From assembly GCA_965223545.1 (NCBI GenBank), contig OZ245006.1:3520001-3584000 (forward strand): DNA of 64,000 nucleotides. The letters are read 5' to 3'. The notes below the pieces were generated by a model, which saw only the letters and a program-made list of their open reading frames with translations, searched no databases and was not told the origin of the DNA. Of the stretch, positions 9,792-18,430 are shown one piece after another; position 1 is the stretch's first letter, and the number at the start of each line of letters is the position of its first letter. The DNA comes from Planctomycetota bacterium. Lineage in GTDB: Bacteria; Planctomycetota; UBA1135; UBA2386. The position numbers and the translations under genes are program-made.

Positions 9792-10784
9792 ATGTTCGTC
9801 CGCTCTCTGATCCCGGCGCTGACTCTGCTCGCGACGGCGGCCCCCGGCACCGCACAGCGCGGTGACCCGCTGCCGCAGGTCGAGCTCGAAGGTTTCAGCC
9901 AGACGCCCGCCACGTCGCTCGATGACTATCGCGGACGGCTGCTGTTGCTCGAGTACTTCGCCTATTGGTGACGCCCGTGCGCCGCCTCGGTGCCGCACCT
10001 CAACGAACTCGAAGCCGAGTTCGGGAGCCGCGGGCTGAGCGTCGTCGGCGTGACCGGCGAGACCAAAGAAAAGACCGAGCCGTGGATCGAGAAGCACAAG
10101 GTGGGCTTCGCCTATGCGTACGACCCGGACAAGGCCCTGTTTCGCGGCCTCCGGCTGCGCGCCTATCCGAGCGCCGTGCTCGTCAGCCCGCGGGGCGAAG
10201 TGGTGTGGAAGGGCCACCCGATGGCGCTGACCAACAGCGAGATCGATCAACACCTGCGTTTCGCCTCGCGCATTCCCGTCGAGACCCGCGCCAAGATGCG
10301 CAGCTGGCCGGCGGCGGCGGCGAGCGTCGTCAAGCTGGTCGACAAGAACAAGCTCGCCAAGGCCCTCGACGAGGCCGAGGAGCTGGCGGCGGCGGACCCG
10401 GCGACGCCGGGAGTCGTCGACGACCTCACCGCGTACGTCGATGGCGTGCTCGGCGACTGCCGGGGCGCGCGAGACGCCGGCGATTTCTTGACTGCCTTGG
10501 AGACCGCGGAGGACTTCGACAAGGCTCTATCGGGGCATGCGCGCGGCGTCGCGTTCCAGGAGATCGTCAAGGAGATCCGCGGCGACAAGACCGCCGGTGC
10601 CGCGATCAAGACGCAGAAGAAGCTGCTCAAGCTCGGCGCCCTCATCGAGCAGACCTCCGCGAGCAAGCTGCCCGGACTGATCAAGACCCTCGACAAGATC
10701 GAAGGCGAGTACCGCGGCACCTTTGTCGGCAAACAGGCGCGCGCGCTGCTGACCCGAGCCAACCGCAAGCTGGTCCGCGGGTAG
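9792..10784 (+). CDS. Exported TlpA/thioredoxin-like redoxin, probable selenoprotein (Sec at TGA 9969-9971, UxxC)
   Basis: The two ORFs 9792-9971 and 9990-10784 are in the same frame. Read-through gives SLDDYRGRLLLLEYFAYW-U-RPCAASVPHLNEL...VVGV...AYPSAVLVSPRGEVVWKGHP, with TGA exactly at the first Cys of WCxxC. Confidence 0.85.
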
Positions 10785-10791
10785 CGGCCGG

Positions 10792-11673
10792 ATGGCGGCC
10801 GCCCTCGCCCTGCTCGCCGCCTACGCCACCCTGCACGGTGGCGCCGTGCTCTACACGTGGCGGCGCTGCGCGCAACGCGAGCCGTTCTGGCGCCACGCGC
10901 GCCGGCGGTCCGCCGTCTTGGCGCCGCTCAACGCCCTGATCTACGCGTGCTCCGCGCTGCCCGACCGCAGCGTCCACGCCGCCGCGTCAGTCCCCGGCGT
11001 GCGGGGACTGCGCGCTGGTTGGCGCATCGCGAAAGAAGAGGGCACCGCCCTCCTCGAGCGCGACGCGATCCGCCCGCCGGCCTGGACCAACGACGCCAAG
11101 ATCGCGGCCTTCCACGAGCGCGGTTGGCACCCGTACTACTTGCTCTGGCACGGGGACGTCCTGCCATCCGCGCAAGCGACCTGCCCGCGCACGGTGGAGC
11201 TACTGAGCGGCCTACCGCAGGTGCGCGGCGCGATGTTCGCAGTGCTGCGCCCCGGCGCCAGGCTCGAGCCGCACACCGATCCGTTCGCCGGCACCCTCCG
11301 CTGCCACGTCGGCCTGGGCATCCCGGCCGGAGCGGCCTGCTGGCTCGAGGTCGACGGCCAACGCCACACGTGGACCGAAGGCGAAGCGCTCGTCTTCGAC
11401 GAGACCTATCTGCACAGCGCCGCCAACCACACCAGCGATGCGCGGCTGGTGCTGCTGTGCGACGTGGAGCGACCGCTGCGCTACCGCTGGGCCACGGCCC
11501 TTCAGCGCGCGGCCCGCGCGCTGCTGATGAGCGTGGTCGCGGTGCAGAACGAGCCCGGCGACCCGGTGGGTTGGCCGGCGCGATTGGCGGGTCTGCTCGC
11601 CGGACCGCGCCGCGCAGGCGACCCGCGCCGTCAGCCCGCGCCCGCCTCCAACACCAAGTCCCGCGCGTCGTAG
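10792..11673 (+). CDS. Aspartyl/asparaginyl beta-hydroxylase family Fe(II)/2OG dioxygenase (LpxO-like)
   Basis: CPRTVELL, AMFAVLRPGARLEPHTDPFAGTLRCHVGL, FDETYLHSAAN, CDVERP. Confidence 0.82.
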   Translation: MAAALALLAAYATLHGGAVLYTWRRCAQREPFWRHARRRSAVLAPLNALIYACSALPDRSVHAAASVPGVRGLRAGWRIAKEEGTALLERDAIRPPAWTNDAKIAAFHERGWHPYYLLWHGDVLPSAQATCPRTVELLSGLPQVRGAMFAVLRPGARLEPHTDPFAGTLRCHVGLGIPAGAACWLEVDGQRHTWTEGEALVFDETYLHSAANHTSDARLVLLCDVERPLRYRWATALQRAARALLMSVVAVQNEPGDPVGWPARLAGLLAGPRRAGDPRRQPAPASNTKSRAS

Positions 11674-12431
11674 ACCGGTCCCTGCTGGCACGACCGCGAG
11701 TACGGCCAACCGCCGTTGCGCTCGGCCACGACCTCCACCGTGCAGCCGTTGCACACCCCGTAGCCGCACGCCATCACGTTCTCCAAGCTCAGGTAGCAGC
11801 GCATGCCCGCGTCGGCGCAGAGCGCGGCCACGGCGTGCATCATCGGGTCGGGCCCGCAACAGAACACGGTGTCGTCCGTCGCGACGTCACCCGCGTCGAG
11901 GCGCGCGCGCAGCAAATCCGTGACCAGACCACGCATTCCATGGCTGCCATCGTCGGTCGCGGTCCATGTGCGGGCCAGGCCGTCGAAGTCGTCCAAACCG
12001 GCCAGTGCCTCCCGGTTGCGGCCACCGAACAACAGCCGCACCGGAGGCGACCCGGCGCGGCGGCGCTCGCGTGCCAACAACAAGAACGGCGCCGTGCCGA
12101 CGCCCCCGGCAACACACACCGGATCGCCCGCGTCCACGGCAAAACCGCGACCGAGCGGACCGGTCAGCCACACCCCGTCCCCAGGCGCGCACTCCACCAG
12201 TGCCCGCGTCCCGGGCCCGACGACTTTGAGCAGAAAGCTGCCGAACGAGCCGTCCTCGCCGATGTCGTACAGCGAGAACGGCCGCGGCATCAGCACCGGC
12301 CAGCGGACGTCCGTGCGCAGCATGTAGAACTGGCCTGCGCTGGTCGGCGGAATCGGCCCCTCGACCTCTAGCGCCCAGCTATCGCCGCCCAGCGCGCGCA
12401 CGCGCCGTACCTCGTGCCGAGCGGTCTGCAT
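11631..12431 (-). CDS. pyrK: Dihydroorotate dehydrogenase electron transfer subunit
   Basis: AGQFYML, PRPFSL, GPLGRGF, AGGVGTAP, TDDGSHG, CGPDPMM, SLENVMACGYGVCNGC, CQQGPV. Start is 12431 or 12470. Confidence 0.85.
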   Translation of the reverse strand: MQTARHEVRRVRALGGDSWALEVEGPIPPTSAGQFYMLRTDVRWPVLMPRPFSLYDIGEDGSFGSFLLKVVGPGTRALVECAPGDGVWLTGPLGRGFAVDAGDPVCVAGGVGTAPFLLLARERRRAGSPPVRLLFGGRNREALAGLDDFDGLARTWTATDDGSHGMRGLVTDLLRARLDAGDVATDDTVFCCGPDPMMHAVAALCADAGMRCYLSLENVMACGYGVCNGCTVEVVAERNGGWPYSRSCQQGPVYDARDLVLEAGAG

Positions 12432-12484
12432 CGCCACCAGAGTATGGCGCCGGGGTTCGGCCACCGCCATACTTCCGCGCCCGG

Positions 12485-13090
12485 ATGCCTGAGCTCACCA
12501 CCTGGATCGCGGTCCCGTTGCTCGGCGGGTTGATCGGCTACGTCACCAACCGGATCGCGGTGAAGATGATCTTCCGGCCGATCCGGCCGGTGTCGGTGCT
12601 GGGGCTCAAGGTCCAGGGATTGATCGGGCGGCGCCAGCGCGAGCTGGCCGAGAGCATCGGCCGCGTCGTCGGCGACCACTTGGTACAGGCCAAGGACGTG
12701 ACCGCGGCGTTCGACCGCATCGACTTGGAGAGCCTGTTCGGCGACGTGCTGGACCACGGGCTGGCCCCCAAGCTCGAGGAGTTCAAGAGCCTGCCCCTGA
12801 TCGGGGGGTTTCTCACCGAGCAGCGCATCGGCGAGATTCGCGACGGCATCGTCAAGCGTGTCCTCGCCCACAAGAAGACGATCCTCGAGAAGCTCGAAGA
12901 AGCCGTCGACGAGGGCTTGGACGTGCGCGAGATGGTGACCGCCAAGGTCGCCGCCTTCCCGGTCGAGAAGCTCGAGACCCTGGTGCTGGACGTCGCCTCC
13001 CGCGAGCTGCGGGCCATCGAGGTGCTCGGCGCGGTGCTGGGGGTCTTGATCGGAATCGGGCAAGTGCTGTTGATTGGCTTCTTGACCTGA
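12485..13090 (+). CDS. DUF445 family membrane protein
   Basis: GGLIGYVTNRIAVKMIFRP, QGLI and C-terminal ELRAIEVLGAVLGVLIG. Confidence 0.85.
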   Translation: MPELTTWIAVPLLGGLIGYVTNRIAVKMIFRPIRPVSVLGLKVQGLIGRRQRELAESIGRVVGDHLVQAKDVTAAFDRIDLESLFGDVLDHGLAPKLEEFKSLPLIGGFLTEQRIGEIRDGIVKRVLAHKKTILEKLEEAVDEGLDVREMVTAKVAAFPVEKLETLVLDVASRELRAIEVLGAVLGVLIGIGQVLLIGFLT

Positions 13091-13217
13091 TCCACCAATG
13101 GTACGGAGGGCTGGCGATGCCCAGGCCACCGCGACGCCCCAATTCGTCACCGGGAGTGACTCCCGGCGCCAGCCGTCCTAGAGGTCAGCCGACCGAGTCC
13201 CGTTGAACGCGCCACCA

Positions 13218-14420
13218 ATGACTCTCGCCCGCACGACCTCCGCCCTTCTCGGCGCCGCGCTCGCCGCGGCCCCCGCGGCCCAGCCACTCCTGCCCAACTC
13301 GCACGACGGCCTCATGCCGTTTCGGTCACCGCAGCAGAACGTCGAAGCCCCGCAGGACCTGTTCCGCGATCTCCAGCTGATGGTCAGCCTGGTGGAGAAC
13401 CCCGGAGAGTACGAGGTTCACTTCGACGAGGACGGCCGGGAGGTCTGCACCAACCCGATCTGGCAGCGCACCCGCGAGATCATCAAGGGCAAGATGTTCA
13501 ACATGGCGGCGCTGTTCGGCATCGTGCTGCGCGACTCCCGCCACACCAACGACCGCAAGCTGGCCGCGTACGGCACTTTCTACGTCGACAAGGTGAGCGA
13601 CATCTTCGAGCTCATCGCCTTCCTGCCCGGCGAGCCGGCGCGCGAGATCCGCGAGCCGGCCTTTCGCCGCGCGATCGGCTTCCTGCGCGTGCACTGGCCG
13701 CAGGACCAGGAGGTCGACCCCGAGGCGCCGGTCGATCCGGACTACCCGACGCCGCCGCTCTATCGCCTGGACGCCGGACCGTTCTTGGCGCTGCTCGACC
13801 TCGACGACCCGCGCGACCAAGCCCAGGGCTTGTGGTTCTTGAAGGAGCTGTGCGTGATCCGACCGGACACCGCGGGGGTGCTCCTCGGCCACGCCGAGCC
13901 GCGCTTGCGGCGCCTGCTGCAGTCTGACGACCGCATCGTCCATGCCGAAGCGCGAGAGTTCCTGCACTGGGCGGATCCGAAACACCGCGAGCCGCCGCCC
14001 GCGGATGCCGGCGCCGAGGTGTTGATGCAGTGGCTGGACGCCGTGATGTACGACGTGTTCCCGCCGATTCGGCGCGTCAACAAGGGGCGCGTCGATCTGT
14101 ATCCCAGCGACGATCTGACGCGAATCATCGCGGACGGTCAGGAGGCCCTGCGTGGCCAAGCGCTCGGCCGACCGACGTCGGGCCAGCGCCGCGACGGCAC
14201 GCCCTTTCGTGGCTTCAAACTCCAGCGCCTCCCCGCGCCACTCGACAAACTGAGGCTGCCGCTCGACTGCGTGATCCTCTCGATCTCCGGCACTTCGGTC
14301 GCGACCGGCGAGGACATCCTCACCGCGATCGAGGCCCGACTGCGACACGGCAAGAGCTTGCAGGTCGAGTATCAGCTCGGCGAACGCGTGCACATGATGG
14401 AGTACCACGTGCAGCCCTGA
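13218..14420 (+). CDS. Hypothetical exported protein (helical region, possible C-terminal PDZ-like segment)
   Basis: Signal-peptide-like N-terminus and host-like codon usage. The LDKLRLPLDCVILSISG segment is PDZ-like. Confidence 0.65.
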   Translation: MTLARTTSALLGAALAAAPAAQPLLPNSHDGLMPFRSPQQNVEAPQDLFRDLQLMVSLVENPGEYEVHFDEDGREVCTNPIWQRTREIIKGKMFNMAALFGIVLRDSRHTNDRKLAAYGTFYVDKVSDIFELIAFLPGEPAREIREPAFRRAIGFLRVHWPQDQEVDPEAPVDPDYPTPPLYRLDAGPFLALLDLDDPRDQAQGLWFLKELCVIRPDTAGVLLGHAEPRLRRLLQSDDRIVHAEAREFLHWADPKHREPPPADAGAEVLMQWLDAVMYDVFPPIRRVNKGRVDLYPSDDLTRIIADGQEALRGQALGRPTSGQRRDGTPFRGFKLQRLPAPLDKLRLPLDCVILSISGTSVATGEDILTAIEARLRHGKSLQVEYQLGERVHMMEYHVQP

Positions 14421-14455
14421 CGACTCGGGTTACTGCCTTCTTCGCTCGGCTTCCG

Positions 14456-15847
14456 TCAGGAACCAATCACGGCCGCAACCGCGTCGGATATGACGACACC
14501 CAACACGGGCCTCTGCGGATCGGGAACGACCGCCTGTTGGAAGAAGTGCGCGCCGATCAAAGACTGCGCCACTGGGACTTGAAGCTGGAGCGTCGCGGAC
14601 GCGCCGACACCTGTCACCGGTACGGCCCCATCCATGCTGACCCTGAGCCAGCAACCAGACAGGCCGAGGACACCCAAATCAAACGGTAGCGGCCCAAGAG
14701 AGCTGACGGTGTTGCTGGTACCGAACAGCAGCACCGCTTGGCTCAAGGGCAACCGCTGCATCTGCAGACTCACCGACAGCCCCAAGCGCGGCGGGCGATC
14801 GGCACTCAGAGTCGGCACCCCCAAGCTACCCGCACATCCGCGGCCGAAGGTGAGGAACGAGCCCGACTGCGCCAGCGCTACCGTGTGGTCGCGGCCGGCG
14901 GCGATTGCCGCGTAGGTCAAGCCGGGCGACAGCCCGGTCACGCTCAGCTGGCGGAGCCCGTTCTCGCCCCAAGCGACCACCGATCCATCGCTCCGGCGCG
15001 CAAGCGAATGATCGTCCGAGGCAGCCACTTCGACGTAGACCAGTCCGGGCGGCAGGGCAGGCACGTTGATTTGGCCGAACGAGTTGTCGCCCCAGCCGAC
15101 CACCGCGCCGTCGCTGCGCAGCGCTACCGAGTGGTCCCGGCCCGCGGCGACGTCGGCGTAGCTGACACCGGGCGGCAGCGACGGCACGACCGGGATCCTC
15201 GTCGGACTACCCCACTCGACCACCGATCCATCGCTCCGGCACGCAACAGTGTGATTCGCACCGGCAGCGACTCCGACGTACCTGTGTCCCCGCGGCAACA
15301 ATGGCACCAACGCCTGTGAGGCACGACCCCATACGATCACCGAGCCGTCGCTGCGCAGCGCGACGCTGTGCCGCTGGCCAGCACCGACGTCGGTGTAGGT
15401 GAGTCCGGGCGGCAGGGCCGGCACGTTGGTCTCGCCGTTCCAATTGGCGCCCCACGCAACCACGACACCATCGCTGCGCAGCGCTACGGCGTGGGATTCG
15501 TAGGCGGCCACCTTGACGTGAGGGGCCCCGGGCGGAGCCGGGGGCACGTCGGTCTCGCCGTTCCAATTCGACCCCCACGCGACCAACACACCGTCGCTCT
15601 GCAGCGCCACGGTGAAATCTCGGCCCGCCGCGACATCGACGTAGCCGCCCCCGGCCGGCAGCGGCGGCACGTTGGTCTGACCGGACCAATTGCTACCCCA
15701 GCCAACAACCGAGCCATCGCTCCGCAGCGCGATTGTGTGGTACTCACCGGCGGCGAGCTCCGCGTACGCAAGGCCGAGCGGCGCCGGCGGCACGGCGATC
15801 TGGCCCAGAGAGTGTGCCCCCCTTCCACCGGCTGCCGATCCCGGCAT
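14456..15847 (-). CDS. RCC1-repeat beta-propeller protein with C-terminal beta domain; N-terminus apparently truncated
   Basis: About eight 40-aa repeats of AAGxxHSVALRSDGxVVxWGxNxxGQ/E. The ORF begins mid-repeat and has no signal peptide. Confidence 0.8.
   Translation of the reverse strand: MPGSAAGGRGAHSLGQIAVPPAPLGLAYAELAAGEYHTIALRSDGSVVGWGSNWSGQTNVPPLPAGGGYVDVAAGRDFTVALQSDGVLVAWGSNWNGETDVPPAPPGAPHVKVAAYESHAVALRSDGVVVAWGANWNGETNVPALPPGLTYTDVGAGQRHSVALRSDGSVIVWGRASQALVPLLPRGHRYVGVAAGANHTVACRSDGSVVEWGSPTRIPVVPSLPPGVSYADVAAGRDHSVALRSDGAVVGWGDNSFGQINVPALPPGLVYVEVAASDDHSLARRSDGSVVAWGENGLRQLSVTGLSPGLTYAAIAAGRDHTVALAQSGSFLTFGRGCAGSLGVPTLSADRPPRLGLSVSLQMQRLPLSQAVLLFGTSNTVSSLGPLPFDLGVLGLSGCWLRVSMDGAVPVTGVGASATLQLQVPVAQSLIGAHFFQQAVVPDPQRPVLGVVISDAVAAVIGS
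14875..15810 (-). repeat. Tandem ~120-bp coding repeats (RCC1)
   Basis: Recurring GTCGCTGCGCAGCGC / ATCGCTCCG motifs on the + strand at roughly 120-bp spacing. Confidence 0.75.
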
Positions 15848-15858
15848 CCTAGTGGGAT

Positions 15859-18423
15859 ATGGCCAAGCTACCCGTCATCGGCGCTCTGCTCCTGCTGATC
15901 GGTCTGGCAGCATGGCTGCTCACCTCGGACCGCGGCGCCGCGCCCGTGCTGGCCCCGGGCGACCACCCGACCGACAGCGCCGCAAACGCAAGGGCCAACG
16001 CCGCGGCGACGAAGGCAACCGCGATCGAAACGGCCGTAGAGCCGACGCGGACACCCTCCGCCGCCGGCGCCGAGCGCACCGCGGTCGAGCCGGCCGGCGC
16101 GGCCACCGACGGGTTATTGGTGCACTGCGTCACCGATGGCGAGACCCCGGTCGGCGGCGCTCGACTCTGGTACGTGCGCGAGGCGGATGCGTCCACGCGG
16201 CAGCGGTTTCGCAACCTCGACGAAATCGATGCGCTGATCGCCGAGCACGGCCAAGAGGTCGTCGCGCGCGCCGACGGCACGGCGCACGTCTCGGTCGCGG
16301 AGCACGGCAATACGCTACTCATGGCGACCTCCGGAGAGCTGTGGGGCTCGATGTCCGTCAACGCGGGGCACGAAGATCCGGTGACGCTGGTGATGGACAT
16401 CGACCACACGCTGCGCGTGCGCGTCGTCGGCGCCGCCGGCGAGCCCGTCGGTGGCGTGCCGGTGGCGATCGAGCAGCGGCACCGCGACTGGCAGTTCGCA
16501 CAACGCCACGCGGAGACGGCAGCCGGCGACGGAATCGCCGTCTTCCGGCACGCGCAGCGCACCGTGCGCGAAATCGAGGACCGCTCCTATGCAGCCGTGG
16601 TCGAGGCGGCGCTCGAACCGGTACCCGCGCACGCGCTGGAGCCGGCAGCCCTGCCGGCCGAACCGGTGACGCTGCGACTGCCGCCACACGGCGCCGTCGA
16701 GGTGCGCGTCATCGACACCGATGGCGATCCGTTCATCGGCCGCGCCACGGCCGAGCTCGGCGTGATCCGCGCCGGCGAGGCACAGCGGTTGTCACCGTTC
16801 GGCGGAGTCCGGCGCCGCTACCAGAAAGAGCAGGTCGACGGCGGACGAGTCCGCTTCGCGGTCGTGGCGCTGGGCGCCGAGCTCGACCTCGGTATCCGCC
16901 GCGGCAGCTCTCGGATCGCCAACCGAACGTTTGCGCCGGGCCCAATGCGGCCCGGCGAGACCGTCGTGCTCGAAGCGCGGCTCGGCAGTGACCACCCCGT
17001 CCTGCAGCTCCGCGCGATCGATCAAGCCGGCCATCCGATCGGCGAGACCGCGCTGAACGTCCGCGTGCAGTCCGAAGGGCTGCACTTGACGACCAACCTC
17101 GACACCGCCGTGCGCACCGCGACCGACGGGACGTTCCACGTCGACATCGCCGCCGACTGGATCGAGGGTTCGACGCGGCTGCTGCAGGTGGCCAAGGGCA
17201 GCGTCGACGACCCCGAGCTGCGCGGCGAGGTCGACCTGTCGCGGCAGATCGGCACGGGCCCACACGACCTCGGCACCGTCACCCTGGCTGCTCCGCCGCT
17301 GTTCGCCGGCGGTCGCGTCGTCGACATCCACGGCAACCCGATCGCCGGAGCAAGATTGCTGCTCCGGCGCCGAGTCGAGGACCAAAGCTGGTGGAACCAC
17401 GTCCACGAGTTCGACCATCGGAGCGACCAACGCGGCGAGTTCGCGATCCGCGAAGCGATTGCCGGCGCCGAGTTCACGCTGGGGGCCGCGGCAGCCACCG
17501 CGGTCACGCCGATGCAAACCTTCGAGCCGGGCGCCGACGGGCTCGTGCTGGAGGTCCAGGAAGGCGGCACGATCGCGGGCCGGCTCCTGGTCGACGACTC
17601 CATCCCGACCAATGTGCTCTACGCCAACCTGAAGGCCCGCGAAGGGGTCAGCCTGGACCACTTGCAGTACCACGAGCACCGTCGACAGATCGGCGACGAC
17701 GGCGAGTTCGCGGTTTCTCGCCTGCTGCCCGGATCCTACGACCTTCGCATCGAAGCCGACGGGCTCGACGAGCCGCTCGAGACCATCGAGAACGTCGTCG
17801 TGCCAGCCGGCCAAGCGGCCCAGGACGCGAGGTTGACGATCGATCTGCGCGGCGCGCTGCACCACCACCACGTCACCGTCTCCGGCATCGAGGGGCGGGT
17901 GCAAGGACAGCTGCTCTACGGCCCCACGGGGACCAAGCCGTCACACACCCGACACTTCTGGAAGCCCGAGATCGACCTCGTCACGCGCTTCGCCGCCTTC
18001 GATCTCGTGCTCATGGTCACCGGGCGACGCACCGAAACGCGCACAGCGGTTTCCGGCAGGATCGAGATCGAGATGCGCGCCGGCATCCGCGTCCGGATCG
18101 CCTTGCAGGGCGACGCCGCGTTGCCAACTCCGCCGTTGCACGTGAAGGCCGTGCTCGTGCCCGAAGGCAATCAGCCCGGCGGAATCGACTTCGGCGCCGA
18201 CGCGTTCGACGAGCGTCGCTCCATCGTGGTCCGGGTCGTCAAGCCGGGCCCGGCAAACGTTTACTGGGTTCTCGAACGCCGTAGTCCCCAACACTCGATG
18301 GCGACGTCGATGAAGTCGGAGCCGCTGCAGACCGCAGAGGTGGCCGACACGGATGCGGTGCAAGAAGTCCGCGTGACGCTGACCGAGGCCGAGCTGGAAC
18401 GGCTGCTGCAACAGCTGCGTTGA
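15859..18423 (+). CDS. Membrane-anchored carboxypeptidase-regulatory-like (beta-sandwich repeat) protein
   Basis: N-terminal TM, repeated GRVVDIHGNPIAGA / VRVVGAAGEPVGGVPV / DGEF...LPGSYDL units. Confidence 0.75.
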   Translation: MAKLPVIGALLLLIGLAAWLLTSDRGAAPVLAPGDHPTDSAANARANAAATKATAIETAVEPTRTPSAAGAERTAVEPAGAATDGLLVHCVTDGETPVGGARLWYVREADASTRQRFRNLDEIDALIAEHGQEVVARADGTAHVSVAEHGNTLLMATSGELWGSMSVNAGHEDPVTLVMDIDHTLRVRVVGAAGEPVGGVPVAIEQRHRDWQFAQRHAETAAGDGIAVFRHAQRTVREIEDRSYAAVVEAALEPVPAHALEPAALPAEPVTLRLPPHGAVEVRVIDTDGDPFIGRATAELGVIRAGEAQRLSPFGGVRRRYQKEQVDGGRVRFAVVALGAELDLGIRRGSSRIANRTFAPGPMRPGETVVLEARLGSDHPVLQLRAIDQAGHPIGETALNVRVQSEGLHLTTNLDTAVRTATDGTFHVDIAADWIEGSTRLLQVAKGSVDDPELRGEVDLSRQIGTGPHDLGTVTLAAPPLFAGGRVVDIHGNPIAGARLLLRRRVEDQSWWNHVHEFDHRSDQRGEFAIREAIAGAEFTLGAAAATAVTPMQTFEPGADGLVLEVQEGGTIAGRLLVDDSIPTNVLYANLKAREGVSLDHLQYHEHRRQIGDDGEFAVSRLLPGSYDLRIEADGLDEPLETIENVVVPAGQAAQDARLTIDLRGALHHHHVTVSGIEGRVQGQLLYGPTGTKPSHTRHFWKPEIDLVTRFAAFDLVLMVTGRRTETRTAVSGRIEIEMRAGIRVRIALQGDAALPTPPLHVKAVLVPEGNQPGGIDFGADAFDERRSIVVRVVKPGPANVYWVLERRSPQHSMATSMKSEPLQTAEVADTDAVQEVRVTLTEAELERLLQQLR

Positions 18424-18430
18424 GGTCATC

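Noticed and set aside
14875..15810. Regularly spaced repeats as a possible CRISPR array
   Set aside because: They are degenerate in-frame coding repeats (RCC1), with no unique spacers and no cas genes.
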